This document shows, in pieces, positions 37,426 to 47,498 of a DNA stretch of 64,000 bases. The translations under genes and the position numbers were made by a program. Under the pieces are notes generated by a model. The model was not told the DNA's origin. It did no database searches and saw only the letters and a program-made list of their open reading frames with translations. The stretch is from Capsulimonadales bacterium. GTDB taxonomy: Bacteria; Armatimonadota; Armatimonadia; Armatimonadales; Armatimonadaceae. The stretch is taken from positions 32,001-96,000 of the forward strand of contig JANRLW010000043.1 of NCBI GenBank assembly GCA_033762295.1, in the 5' to 3' direction. Every line of letters begins with the position of its first letter. Position 1 is the stretch's first letter.

Positions 37426-38754
37426 ATGAAGCACTTCGATTACCTCCTCATCGGCGGCGGCATCGCGTCCGTCGCGGCGGCGCAAAGCATCCGCGAACGG
37501 GACGGCGGCAGCATTCTCATTCTCAAGGATGAACCGCGACCGCCCTACGATCATCCGCCGCTATCGAAGGATTACCTGAAACGCCGGGAGATCGGGGAGG
37601 GCGAAGCATACAGCAAAGAGGAGACGTTCTACCGGCAGCGCGGGATCGATCTGCGAACCGGCGTCCGTGTCACGGCGATCGACACCTCCGCCCAGACCGT
37701 AACCACCGACCGGGACGAACGTTTGCATTACGGAAAACTCCTGCTGGCGACCGGGTCCTCCGCTCGAAGACTCGAGGTGCCGGGGGCCCATGCGCCGAAC
37801 GTTTTCACCCTTCGAACGCTGGACGACTCCCTCGCCCTGCGTCAGGCGTTCGAACCCGCGCAGCGTGTGCTGGTCGTCGGTGCCGGTTACATCGGCATGG
37901 AGGTGGCGGCGGCGGCGGCGCAGCGGGGGTTACAGGTCACCGTCGTCGACCCGGAACCGTACCCGTTCCGGAAATTCGCCAGCGAAACCTTCGGAAACTT
38001 CATCAAGAGGTATTTCACGCGGAAGGGCGTCCGGTTTCTGCTCGGGAACGAGGTCGCCTGTATCGATTGCGATCCGGAGACCGGAATGGCCCATTCGGTC
38101 TGCCTGAAAAGCGGACAACCGGTGCCGACCGACGTCGTCGTGACCGGCGTCGGTGCGAAATTGAATCTGGACCTGGCGATCTCCGCCGGACTGGAGACCG
38201 ATGAAACGGAAGGGGTGCTCGCCGACGAGTTCCTGCGGACGTCCGCGCCGAACGTCTATGTCGCCGGGGATATCGCCTATTTCAAGGACATCATTCTCGG
38301 AAAACGCTGGCATGCCGAGCATCACCTGAACGCCAAATGGCAGGGAGAGGCGGTCGGGCGCAATCTGGCGGGAGAGGTCGAACCGTACAATCGGGTCGCC
38401 TACTTCTTTTCCGATCTTTTCGATATCCATATGATCCTTCGGGGTGACCCCAAAGGCGGCGAAGGTCGCGCGCTTCTCGGAGATATCGAGGGGGCGGAAT
38501 TTATCGAACTGTACGGTGACGAGGAGGATCGGCTGACGATGGGGGTTGCGGTCAGCCGTGACGAAACGAAACTCGGGGGGATTTCGGACACGCTGGATCG
38601 GATGATTCGGGAACGGGTGTCGATCCCGCAGGCGGTCTCGCGTCTCAGCGAAAGCGAGCGCACCTCGTTTATCGGTCTGCCGTCGATGGCGGCGGTCCTG
38701 GGAATGATTGCCGGGAGCGAAGCCCTGCACTTCCTGCCCGCCTGGAATCGTTAG
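37426..38754 (+). CDS. FAD/NAD(P)-dependent oxidoreductase (ferredoxin reductase-like)
   Basis: GGGIAS, PPLSK, LLLATG, GAGYIGME, VYVAGD, YFFSD. Confidence 0.9.
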   Translation: MKHFDYLLIGGGIASVAAAQSIRERDGGSILILKDEPRPPYDHPPLSKDYLKRREIGEGEAYSKEETFYRQRGIDLRTGVRVTAIDTSAQTVTTDRDERLHYGKLLLATGSSARRLEVPGAHAPNVFTLRTLDDSLALRQAFEPAQRVLVVGAGYIGMEVAAAAAQRGLQVTVVDPEPYPFRKFASETFGNFIKRYFTRKGVRFLLGNEVACIDCDPETGMAHSVCLKSGQPVPTDVVVTGVGAKLNLDLAISAGLETDETEGVLADEFLRTSAPNVYVAGDIAYFKDIILGKRWHAEHHLNAKWQGEAVGRNLAGEVEPYNRVAYFFSDLFDIHMILRGDPKGGEGRALLGDIEGAEFIELYGDEEDRLTMGVAVSRDETKLGGISDTLDRMIRERVSIPQAVSRLSESERTSFIGLPSMAAVLGMIAGSEALHFLPAWNR

Positions 38755-38951
38755 GCGCCCCTTTACGGATCGTCGTCAAATACGCCGTTGGTGGGACGAC
38801 GACCGTTTTCCACGGAAATACGATAGAGGCAGGAGCGTTCGTGAGCCATCGGAATCGCGACGATGCGACCGCCGCAGCTTGAGAACCAAATGCCGGTCGC
38901 CAGCCCCGCTGTTGGCAGCGGTCGTTGACGGCTTCTCTACGGAGGACCGTG

Positions 38952-41552
38952 ATGAACCTCTCTATCGTACGCGAGTTCCTGACCAAACGGAGGAAACTCG
39001 CCTTCCTGCTGATTGCCGGATCCGTCTTTTTCCTGGCCAGCGCCCTGTCCGCCGTCTGGGCGCAGGAGGTACGCCCGCTGACGGGACTGCCCGCCGGGGA
39101 ACCCGGATTCCGCCCGTTCGAATTTTTGACCTCACCTCGCTACACGGACGCCGAACGATTCGGCCTGTTCGCCGCCCTTGGAATCGCCCTTGCCGGCCTC
39201 GGGTACGCCCTCCTGCTCATGCGGCAGGTCAGTCGCGCCGACCGGGGGACGCCGAAGATGCAGGAGATTGCCGCGGCCGTTCGGGAAGGTGCGGACGCGT
39301 ATCTTCGAAAACAGTTTTCCATTGTGGCGATCCTGATCGCCGTGCTGGTCGTCGTTCTTTTCCTCGCCAAGGCGCTCACGTCCCCGCTCGGATTTAACGA
39401 TCCGTTCGCCCTCGGACGCGCCGGGGCGTTCCTGGTCGGTGCGCTGTTTTCCGGCACCGTCGGATTCGTCGGCATGCGGCTGGCGACCACGGGGAACCTC
39501 CGCGTGGCCGCCGCCGCGCCGGTCGGGTTCGGGAAAGCCCTGATGCTCGGTTACCGGACCGGAACCGTCACCGGTATGCTGACGGACGGCCTCGGTCTCC
39601 TCGGAGGCACCCTGATCTTCATGATCTACGGAGAACACGCCTATGAGGCGCTCCTCGGCTTCGGATTCGGCGGCACACTGCTGGCCTTGTTCATGCGGGT
39701 CGGCGGCGGAATCTACACCAAAGCGGCCGATGTCGGCGCGGACCTCGTCGGCAAAATCGAGCAGGATATTCCCGAGGACGACCCCCGTAACGCCGCGACC
39801 ATCGCCGATAACGTCGGCGACAACGTCGGCGACTGCGCGGGAATGGCCGCCGATATCTTCGAATCGTACGAAGTCACCATCGTCGCCGCCATGATCCTGG
39901 GCTGGGTCGCCTTCGGACACCAGGGCGTGCTCTTCCCGATCCTCGTGCGCGCCATCGGTGTGGTCGCCTCGATCGTGTCCACCTATCTCGTCCGTGCGGG
40001 GGATCGTGGAAACGTCGCCGAGGCGATGAAATCGATCAACTTCGGGTTCTGGGTCGGTTCGGTGATTTCCGTGGTCGGATTCCTGACCCTCGGGTTCTTC
40101 TACCTGCGCTTTGACGCCGACCCGACGCGACCGTGGATCCATCCCGGACTCGACATGCGCCCGGCCTGGGCCTGTCTGATCGGCGTCCTGCTCTGCGTCG
40201 CCCTGAACCGCAGCACGGAGTACTTCACCGGCACCGAGTTCAATCCGGTGAAAGGACTGCAACGCGCCTGCGGCACCGGGCATGCCACCAACATCATCGA
40301 AGGGTTCGCGGTCGGCATGGAATCGGCGGTCTTCGCCGGTATCATCCTCTGCACCGCGATCATCGCCTCCGTGCTGGTGTATACCGGAACGAACGCTATC
40401 GCCATCGCTTACGGTGTCGCCATGTGCGGTATCGGCATGCTCACCCTGACCGGCAACACCATTTCGATGGACGTCTTCGGTCCGGTGGCGGACAATGCGA
40501 ACGGCATCGGCGAAATGGGCTATGAACGAAACCGGATGGGGGTCGAGAAGTATCAGGAATCCCGTCAGGTGCTGGCGGACCTGGACGCGGTCGGCAACAC
40601 CACCAAGGCGGTCACCAAGGGAGTCGCCATCGGTTCGGCCGTCATCGCGGCGGTCTCGCTCTACGCCTCCTTCATCACGGTGATCGGGTCCGGCGGCGGT
40701 TCGGAGAAGGAAGCGTTACCGATCCCGCTGTTCGACCGGGTCGCCGGCTTACTGACGGTGTCCGAACCGAAACTGCTGGTCGGTATGCTGATCGGCGGCT
40801 CGGTCCCGATGCTCTTCTCGGCGATGACGATCCGTGCGGTCGGGCGTGCGGCCTACCTGATCGTCCATGAATGCCGCGTCCAGTTCCGTGATGCCGCCAT
40901 CTGGAACGGAACCAGGAAGCCCGATTACGGACGTGTCGTCCGCATCTGCACCGAAGCGGCCCAGAAGGAACTCGTCGGACCGGCGCTCCTGGCCGTCTTC
41001 TCACCCGTGTTGATCGGCTTCCTGCTCGGACCGATCGGTCTGGCCGGATTCCTGGGCGGTTCGATCGTCGTCGGACAGTTGATCGCCTCCTTCATGTGCA
41101 ACTCCGGAGGAGCGTGGGACAACGCCAAAAAGACCATCGAAGACGAAACGCGCGACCATGCCGCCAATACCGGCAAAGGATCGGAACGGCATAAAGCCAG
41201 CGTCACCGGCGATACGGTGGGCGATCCGCTGAAGGACACGGCCGGACCGGCGATCAACCCGCTGCTCAAGGTCATGAACATGGTCGCCATCCTGACGGTC
41301 CCGATGATGATCGGGTACGATTCGAAGGTGGTGGACAACGTCCGTCAGGCGGCGGCGGCGAGCAACTACAAACTGCCGTCCACCTTCCAGGCGACCGGTA
41401 TCGACGCTCTCTGGCTGATTGCGGTCGGAATCGCGTCCGCCGCCCTGATCTGGGCGTACGTCCAGTCGAAACGCCACATCGGAATCGTCGCCGAGGTGCT
41501 GCCGGCGACCAGCGCGATCCCCGGCGACGACCGGGAATTCGCCGCCCGCTGA
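38952..41552 (+). CDS. hppA: Membrane-bound ion-translocating pyrophosphatase, K+-independent signature
   Basis: KAADVGADLVGK, EDDPRN, DNVGDNVGD, GNTTKA, GGAWDNAKK, GDTVGDPLKD. Confidence 0.95.
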   Translation: MNLSIVREFLTKRRKLAFLLIAGSVFFLASALSAVWAQEVRPLTGLPAGEPGFRPFEFLTSPRYTDAERFGLFAALGIALAGLGYALLLMRQVSRADRGTPKMQEIAAAVREGADAYLRKQFSIVAILIAVLVVVLFLAKALTSPLGFNDPFALGRAGAFLVGALFSGTVGFVGMRLATTGNLRVAAAAPVGFGKALMLGYRTGTVTGMLTDGLGLLGGTLIFMIYGEHAYEALLGFGFGGTLLALFMRVGGGIYTKAADVGADLVGKIEQDIPEDDPRNAATIADNVGDNVGDCAGMAADIFESYEVTIVAAMILGWVAFGHQGVLFPILVRAIGVVASIVSTYLVRAGDRGNVAEAMKSINFGFWVGSVISVVGFLTLGFFYLRFDADPTRPWIHPGLDMRPAWACLIGVLLCVALNRSTEYFTGTEFNPVKGLQRACGTGHATNIIEGFAVGMESAVFAGIILCTAIIASVLVYTGTNAIAIAYGVAMCGIGMLTLTGNTISMDVFGPVADNANGIGEMGYERNRMGVEKYQESRQVLADLDAVGNTTKAVTKGVAIGSAVIAAVSLYASFITVIGSGGGSEKEALPIPLFDRVAGLLTVSEPKLLVGMLIGGSVPMLFSAMTIRAVGRAAYLIVHECRVQFRDAAIWNGTRKPDYGRVVRICTEAAQKELVGPALLAVFSPVLIGFLLGPIGLAGFLGGSIVVGQLIASFMCNSGGAWDNAKKTIEDETRDHAANTGKGSERHKASVTGDTVGDPLKDTAGPAINPLLKVMNMVAILTVPMMIGYDSKVVDNVRQAAAASNYKLPSTFQATGIDALWLIAVGIASAALIWAYVQSKRHIGIVAEVLPATSAIPGDDREFAAR

Positions 41553-41555
41553 TCG

Positions 41556-42878
41556 TCAGCGTTCCAGGTTGGCGAGCGTCAGCCAGCCGGAAGCGCAGGT
41601 GTCCTGCTCCGCGTTCGCAAAGCGGAGCGGGACGCCGTTTTTCAGGGGGGAGCGGAGACGCAGGAGCAGACGGTAGTGCCCCGAAGGCAAACCGGTAAGC
41701 GTCAGCCGATCCTCCCAGAGACGCGGGGAGTCGCCGGGAAGCAGCCCAGTGATCCGGCCGTTGCCCGGAAAGGTCCGCAGGAACGCGCCCTGTGGCGTGG
41801 CAATCGCGTACTCCGACGACCAATCATAATAGAACGGGGCGACTCCCCGGTTCGTGACCTCGGTTCGTACCATCAGGGAGTCGCCCTCCCGTTCGATCGT
41901 GACCCCCGGAATATGGAACTCGTAGCCCATCCGGCGTACTTCCGTCTCGGCGCGTCGGCGACGTTCCGGCGACGGCGGCTTCTCAAACATTCCCGTGTCC
42001 ATCAGCCAGGTGACGCGCGTACGGGTGACGCAGGTCCGAAAATCCTGGATTCGCCGGTCGCCGGGAGGCGTATCGAAGACCTTCCCCCAGGCTTCCGGTC
42101 GGATTTCGCCGCCGATCGGGAATCGTTTCCATTTCGCCTGCGCCTCCGGTCCGGCGGTTTTCAGCAGGGAGAGAAAGAACCAGCGATCGTCCCGCTTCCC
42201 CGTTTCGAGCGTCGCCCAGGCGAATGAATCATCGTGGTACCCGAACCGGCGGCGGTGGTTGGGCGAATAAACCTCATCCTTCGGTCCGGCGGGGTAGCGC
42301 AACAGGACCGGCGTCGTCCGAAAAGCGGATTCATAGGCGTCCAGGACGGCTTCCTGCACCGCCTTCGGCGCGAACAGTTCACTGCGCGGAAAGGTATGCC
42401 ATTCGCCCCAGGTACCGATAAGTCCGGCCGTGACGAAGCCCAGGCGCGGGTCGCCGTCGTACCGTTTTCCGAGGGCGGCGATAAAAGCGGTCAGGGCCGC
42501 CGTCAGTCGCGGATCACGATAGTCGGGCGTCTCGACCTCGGTCGGGGGCAGAGGCTGCGTATTGGTGTTGACATACCGAAACACCTTCAATCCGCGGTCG
42601 ATCAGATACTTCGGAATCACGTTCCGTTTGCCCGGATACTCGAGGAATATACGGAAGACCGCCTGATGGCCCCGTCCGGAGATGTCGCTCAGCAGGTTCT
42701 CCAGCGGCGTCCAATCATAGGTGTCGGGGCCGACCAGAATCCCGCTCAGGGGAAGATAGTTGAACTCCAGGCTGTGAGGGAAGCGCGTCCGATGATCCCC
42801 CTGATAGGGGACGAGTCCTTTGAGCGGATTCAGGACCGAAGCGGGGGTATATCGTAACGTTCGGGAGAGGCGGCGCAT
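41556..42878 (-). CDS. DUF4832-containing glycoside hydrolase-like protein
   Basis: NPLKG, YDGDPRL, GTWGEWH, GYHDDSF, GGEIRPE, MGYEF, NRGVAPFYYDW; start chosen from TACAAT-N5-ATG. Confidence 0.7.
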   Translation of the reverse strand: MRRLSRTLRYTPASVLNPLKGLVPYQGDHRTRFPHSLEFNYLPLSGILVGPDTYDWTPLENLLSDISGRGHQAVFRIFLEYPGKRNVIPKYLIDRGLKVFRYVNTNTQPLPPTEVETPDYRDPRLTAALTAFIAALGKRYDGDPRLGFVTAGLIGTWGEWHTFPRSELFAPKAVQEAVLDAYESAFRTTPVLLRYPAGPKDEVYSPNHRRRFGYHDDSFAWATLETGKRDDRWFFLSLLKTAGPEAQAKWKRFPIGGEIRPEAWGKVFDTPPGDRRIQDFRTCVTRTRVTWLMDTGMFEKPPSPERRRRAETEVRRMGYEFHIPGVTIEREGDSLMVRTEVTNRGVAPFYYDWSSEYAIATPQGAFLRTFPGNGRITGLLPGDSPRLWEDRLTLTGLPSGHYRLLLRLRSPLKNGVPLRFANAEQDTCASGWLTLANLER

Positions 42879-43038
42879 GCCGCATTGTATCGCTCGATGG
42901 GAAGGAATCGGCGTGGCGAGTCTCCCGTGCAGGGAATGGTTTGCTTGCCGGCGAAAACAAATGATGACGCCGCACCGATGACGGTGTTTTCGTTCTGTCC
43001 GTCCCTTCCGTTCGTGCTTCCCGAAAGGAGGCTGCCTC

Positions 43039-45567
43039 ATGTCTCGTCGTATCTTCCGCACCGTCTACAATGCGATCGGTCTTGCCCTGAGCGTTACGTC
43101 GCTGGCCGCGATTACCGGGGCCGTCAAACGCGTTCCGCCCGTCTACGCCAACGATGTCACCGGAGATTCCCGGCGGACCCTGCCGACCGGCTGGCGGCTA
43201 CGACCCGCCGGAACGTCGATCCCGCTGCCCGGCGATATGCCGTTGAAATTCGCCCTGACCGGTGATGGCCGATACCTGGTGGTCAATACGTCGGGGCACC
43301 ACGATCAGAGCCTGAATGTCATCGACCTGGCGACGCATCGGATCACGGACACCTTCCGGGTTCAGAAAAACTGGGCCGGGTTGAGTGTGGACGGGGAGAC
43401 GGTCTGCCTCTCCGGGGGAGGGCATGTCGATCAGTTCTCCGAGCGACTGGTTCAACGCGGGTATTCTCCGGACGTCGCCCGGGAACTAACCAAGCCGGTA
43501 CTCCGGTTTTCGCTCCGAGAAGGCCGTCTGACACCGATCGCCGGGATCGTGCCGGAGGGCATCCGGGAGTCGCGTCGATATATCTCCGGCATTACCCGGG
43601 GCGCGGACGGTTCGCTGTACGTGCTGGATATGAACAACGACACCGTCTTCCGTCTGACCGACGAGTCGGGGACGGTAGCAGCGACGGCGACGGTCGGGTA
43701 TCGTCCGTACGCCGCCGTCCTGTCTCCGGACGGAAAGACCCTGGCCGTCTCGAACTGGGGCGATAAATCGGTTTCCCTGCTGGACGCCCTGACCTTGAAG
43801 GAGGTGGGGAAGGTCGCGACGGAAGCGCACCCGGCGGAGATGGTTTACGGCAAAGACGGTCGTCTTTATGTCGCCAATGGCGGAGCCAATAGCGTCAGCG
43901 TCGTCTGGGACGGGGCGGTCCGCGAAACCATCGTCACCGCCCTTGAGGCGAAAGCGCCGATCGGCTCCACTCCGGTCGCGGTGGCGATCGCCCCGGACGG
44001 GAAGCGATTGTATGTGGCGAACGCCGGAAACAACAACGTTGCCGTGGTCGATATCTCCGATGTCGATGCGGCTGCGAGGAACAGCCGGTCACGCGTTCTC
44101 GGCTTCATCCCGACCGGGTGGTACCCGACCGCCGTCACGGTCGCCCCGGACGGAAAGCGTTTGTATATCGCCGTCGGCAAGGGAATGTATTCCGCCGGTA
44201 ACGGACCGCGACCGAACGATACCCGGAAACCGGGCGTCGCCTGCGACCACTGGAACTCCCCGGCCTGCCCCCCGGATTACATCGGCAACATTCTGAACGG
44301 CGCGGTCAACGTGGTGGACGTTCCCGACGAAAAACAACTCGCCGCCTACACGAAGACCGTTCGGGAGAATATGCCGGTCCCACCGACGGCCGTCACCGAT
44401 CCGAAACGGGTCGCCGAGGCGACCGCGGCGTTCAAAAAGATCAAGCACGTTCTCTTCATCATCAAGGAAAACCGCACTTACGACCAGGTCTTCAGCGACA
44501 TTCCCGGCGGCAACGGCGACCCGAAACTGCTGTTGTACGGCGAGAAGGTGACCCCGAACCACCATACGCTGGCGAAACGAACGGTGTTGCTGGATAACCT
44601 GTACTGTAGTGGCGAGGTTTCCGAGGATGGTCACGAATGGTGCAACTCGGCCTACGCGACCGATTACAAGCAGAAGGGATGGGTGAACAGTTACAGCGAA
44701 CGCGGTGCGCCGGAGGTAGATAACCGACTATCGTCGTCGCCCGCCGGTTACCTCTGGGATAACTGCAAGGCGCACGGGGTTACCTACCGCTCCTACGGCG
44801 AGTACTCCAGCTTCCGATCCTCTCCGAGTTCCCGACCGGTCTTCACCGGCGACCCCGGACTGCTCGACCATGCCAGCCTGGAATGGTGGCAACTGGATGC
44901 GCTGAAAGATATGCGCGACAGCGATTACGCCGGGGTTTTCGTGGCGGATTTGAAAAAGGCGGAAAGGACGGGAGTCTGGCCGCAGTTCATCGTCATGTCT
45001 CTCGGAGAGGACCATACGAACGGCCTGCGCGCCGGGGCGTTCAGTCCGCGCTCCTGCGTTGCCGCGAACGATCAGGGCGTGGGCCTGATTATCGATAGGC
45101 TGAGCCATTCCCGCTTTTGGAAGGAGACGGCGGTCTTCATCATCGAGGACGACGCACAGGACGGTCCCGACCATGTGGACGCGCATCGCACGATCGGCCT
45201 GGTGATCTCCCCGTTCTCCCGGCGGAACATCGTCGACAGCACGCTCTATACGACGAACAGCATGATCCGAACGATCGAGTTGATCCTGAACCTGCCGCCG
45301 ATGACGCAGTTCGACGAAAAGGCGATGCCGATGTATAACTGCTTCACCGCCGAGGCCGATCTGACGCCTTATTCTCTGCTTCCGCCGCAGGTGGACCTTG
45401 CCGAACGCAACCCGGAGAAGGGGGAGGGGGCACGGTTATCGGCGCTTCTGGACTTTTCCGGGTTCGATCGTGCGGACCCGGCGTTGCTGAACCGCATTCT
45501 GTGGGAGGACGCTCACCCGGGCGTCCCGATGCCGGCCCCGGTCCGCAGCGGAATCAATGTCCGTTAG
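43039..45567 (+). CDS. YncE-type beta-propeller / phosphoesterase (AP superfamily) fusion
   Basis: PDGKRLYVAN repeats, PTGWYP, IIKENRTYDQ, EDDAQDGPDHVDAHR. Confidence 0.88.
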   Translation: MSRRIFRTVYNAIGLALSVTSLAAITGAVKRVPPVYANDVTGDSRRTLPTGWRLRPAGTSIPLPGDMPLKFALTGDGRYLVVNTSGHHDQSLNVIDLATHRITDTFRVQKNWAGLSVDGETVCLSGGGHVDQFSERLVQRGYSPDVARELTKPVLRFSLREGRLTPIAGIVPEGIRESRRYISGITRGADGSLYVLDMNNDTVFRLTDESGTVAATATVGYRPYAAVLSPDGKTLAVSNWGDKSVSLLDALTLKEVGKVATEAHPAEMVYGKDGRLYVANGGANSVSVVWDGAVRETIVTALEAKAPIGSTPVAVAIAPDGKRLYVANAGNNNVAVVDISDVDAAARNSRSRVLGFIPTGWYPTAVTVAPDGKRLYIAVGKGMYSAGNGPRPNDTRKPGVACDHWNSPACPPDYIGNILNGAVNVVDVPDEKQLAAYTKTVRENMPVPPTAVTDPKRVAEATAAFKKIKHVLFIIKENRTYDQVFSDIPGGNGDPKLLLYGEKVTPNHHTLAKRTVLLDNLYCSGEVSEDGHEWCNSAYATDYKQKGWVNSYSERGAPEVDNRLSSSPAGYLWDNCKAHGVTYRSYGEYSSFRSSPSSRPVFTGDPGLLDHASLEWWQLDALKDMRDSDYAGVFVADLKKAERTGVWPQFIVMSLGEDHTNGLRAGAFSPRSCVAANDQGVGLIIDRLSHSRFWKETAVFIIEDDAQDGPDHVDAHRTIGLVISPFSRRNIVDSTLYTTNSMIRTIELILNLPPMTQFDEKAMPMYNCFTAEADLTPYSLLPPQVDLAERNPEKGEGARLSALLDFSGFDRADPALLNRILWEDAHPGVPMPAPVRSGINVR

Positions 45568-45621
45568 GGCCGTTGGGGACCTTTCCGGTGACCGGCGACG
45601 ACTATGACGGCTAAAATTTCC

Positions 45622-45663
45622 TAATACACTGCATTCTCTAAATTAAGAGAATGCAGTGTATTA
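45622..45663. repeat. Perfect 18-bp inverted repeat with 6-nt spacer
   Basis: TAATACACTGCATTCTCT-AAATTA-AGAGAATGCAGTGTATTA. Confidence 0.92.
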
Positions 45664-45878
45664 AGAACATGAAGCCGCCACTGGAAATAGAAATCCCTCC
45701 CCCGGAGGCGAGAGCCGAGATGGAGGAGTTTCTTTCGACACTTGCCGAACTGTTTCCGATAGGGGAAGCGTCGTAAACAGAGCCGCGCCGAAAGGAAACC
45801 GGACGCCACGACGCGGCCCCCGCCGACGCGGCCCAATCAGGAAACTCCCTCCCGTCCTCCCGGTTTCCCCGAGAATGC

Positions 45879-46133
45879 CTATCGCGTGAAAGAACGGCTA
45901 CCGACCAGCCCGCCATCTTTCATGCCCGCACCTTCCAGGGTCTCGGTCTCGGTCAGAAGATCGACACCGTCGGACTTCGTTTCCTCGTTATCGATATCGG
46001 CCATGCCGATCAGCGTATAGTCCCGCTCCACCCAACGATCGTCCTTGGGTCCGGTGATCGGGAAATCGTTGCTGTAGGGATCATCGCTCACCGGACGGTT
46101 TCGCGACACCTCGAAATTCTTTTGTTTCTCCAT
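45879..46133 (-). CDS. Small acidic hydrophilic protein
   Basis: MEKQKNFEVSRNRPVSDDPYSNDF...; GAAAGGGG SD-like site and an ECF-like motif upstream. Confidence 0.55.
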   Translation of the reverse strand: MEKQKNFEVSRNRPVSDDPYSNDFPITGPKDDRWVERDYTLIGMADIDNEETKSDGVDLLTETETLEGAGMKDGGLVGSRSFTR

Positions 46134-46172
46134 TGACTGATGTAACCCCTTTCCTGACAACCTTCACTCATC

Positions 46173-46200
46173 TATACGGAAGGAAAACCGAAAGGGTTCG
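46173..46200 (-). promoter_or_regulatory. Putative ECF-sigma promoter
   Basis: CGAAC-N17-CGTATA on the minus strand. Confidence 0.5.
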
Positions 46201-46206
46201 CCACCG

Positions 46207-46590
46207 TCAGGAGTCGCCCGGAAAAGCGTCGGGGATCTCCCCGGGCGTCTCCTCGGTAATCAGCGATGCCACGACGGAAATTACGCCGAGGGTCGCCAGC
46301 GCGCCGCGCGCCTCCCCGCTTTCCTCCGTAGCGCCCTGAGCATAGCCGAGAAGAGCCGTTCCCAGGGCGAAATCGACGGCCAGATGGGCGGACATCGGAA
46401 ACACCTTGAACAGCCCGAGTTCGTACCGGGTCATCAGACCGGAGATCAGCACCTTGCCGGCCGCCCCCAGAGCGAGCGTTCTGGTCCGCTGATTGGCACG
46501 AACGACAAACGGTATCGCCGCCAGCAGCACCACGCTGGAATAATCAAGCACACCGTGGATACGGGTGGGCAGAACTCGGAACGTATTCAC
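46207..46590 (-). CDS. Small membrane protein (SPW-repeat-like)
   Basis: TRIHGVLDY and TRYELGL..FPMSAHLAVD motifs; about 4 TM. Confidence 0.7.
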   Translation of the reverse strand: MNTFRVLPTRIHGVLDYSSVVLLAAIPFVVRANQRTRTLALGAAGKVLISGLMTRYELGLFKVFPMSAHLAVDFALGTALLGYAQGATEESGEARGALATLGVISVVASLITEETPGEIPDAFPGDS

Positions 46591-46604
46591 CGGGATGCTC
46601 CTTT

Positions 46605-47498
46605 CTACGTCAGCGCGAGTAGCGTGGCAAGGTTGCCGTTGGGGCCGTTCGGGAAGAAGCCGCCCCGGGTTTCGTTTCCGGTCTGCGCCTGCAGAACAAT
46701 GTTCAATACCTCGCGCGGCGTCCGGACGGGCGGAAAACCGGTCGAACCGATCTCGGTCGGGAAGTACTGCTGCGTGGCCGGGGGCGGAGGGATATCCTTT
46801 CCATCGAGGGCGACGGCGGTCAGATTGCGCTGAGCGATCAACAGACGGACGACCCCACCATGGTAGGCTTCGGTCACCGCAGCCCGCCCCGCGTTTTGAA
46901 TGACGTCGGGGTTGAACAAGAAGCGCGAGGTGCCGGTGTAGGCGGAAACCGCGACATCCTCGAACGAACGGGTCGCGAGGAGGAATCCGTCGGGTGTGGT
47001 CGGGTCGATCCCCAGGTTTCGCGGTGGTGTGGCAAGGTCGATCCTCGGTTTCGCGATCGGGGTGCCGCCCAACTGGGTGATCGTCTGACGGAGAACGTTG
47101 ACGTGGGCACGTTCATCGGCGGCAATCTGGTTCGCGATCGCTTCCAGTCGGGCGTCGCCGAAACTGATCCGGCCGCCTCCGACCGTCGGTCCCGCCGTTC
47201 CCTGGCCGGTGATCCCGACACCGAACGCTTCGATACCCTGTCCGGTCGTCGCGTAGGTATAGTACTCGCTATCGAGGTACTCCAGGTTCAGAGCGAAATT
47301 GAGGATATCGATATCACGAGCGACATTACCGTCCGACCCGGTCTGGGCAATGGCGGGGCGGAGGGTCCCGCTGCGGCTTCCGCATCCGGCGACCCACGCC
47401 CCCGCCAGCACAATCCCGGTACCGAGCGACCGGGAAAACAGGTCACGGCGGGAGCAATCCGCCATGGCTTCCCGCCCGGTAAGTTCCTTATCCTGCAT
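46605..47498 (-). CDS. Exported ferritin-like (Ferritin_2, desiccation-related type) protein
   Basis: DILNFALNLEYL, ADERAHV, FEDVAVSAY, EAYHGG, GGFFPNG; Tat-like SRRDLF and lipobox-like VAGC. Confidence 0.85.
   Translation of the reverse strand: MQDKELTGREAMADCSRRDLFSRSLGTGIVLAGAWVAGCGSRSGTLRPAIAQTGSDGNVARDIDILNFALNLEYLDSEYYTYATTGQGIEAFGVGITGQGTAGPTVGGGRISFGDARLEAIANQIAADERAHVNVLRQTITQLGGTPIAKPRIDLATPPRNLGIDPTTPDGFLLATRSFEDVAVSAYTGTSRFLFNPDVIQNAGRAAVTEAYHGGVVRLLIAQRNLTAVALDGKDIPPPPATQQYFPTEIGSTGFPPVRTPREVLNIVLQAQTGNETRGGFFPNGPNGNLATLLALT

Noticed and set aside
45669..45880. Possible IS701-like transposase N-terminal remnant
   Set aside because: Resemblance is limited to a few residues and no downstream frame gives DDE-like sequence; kept only as a hypothesis under the inverted-repeat finding.
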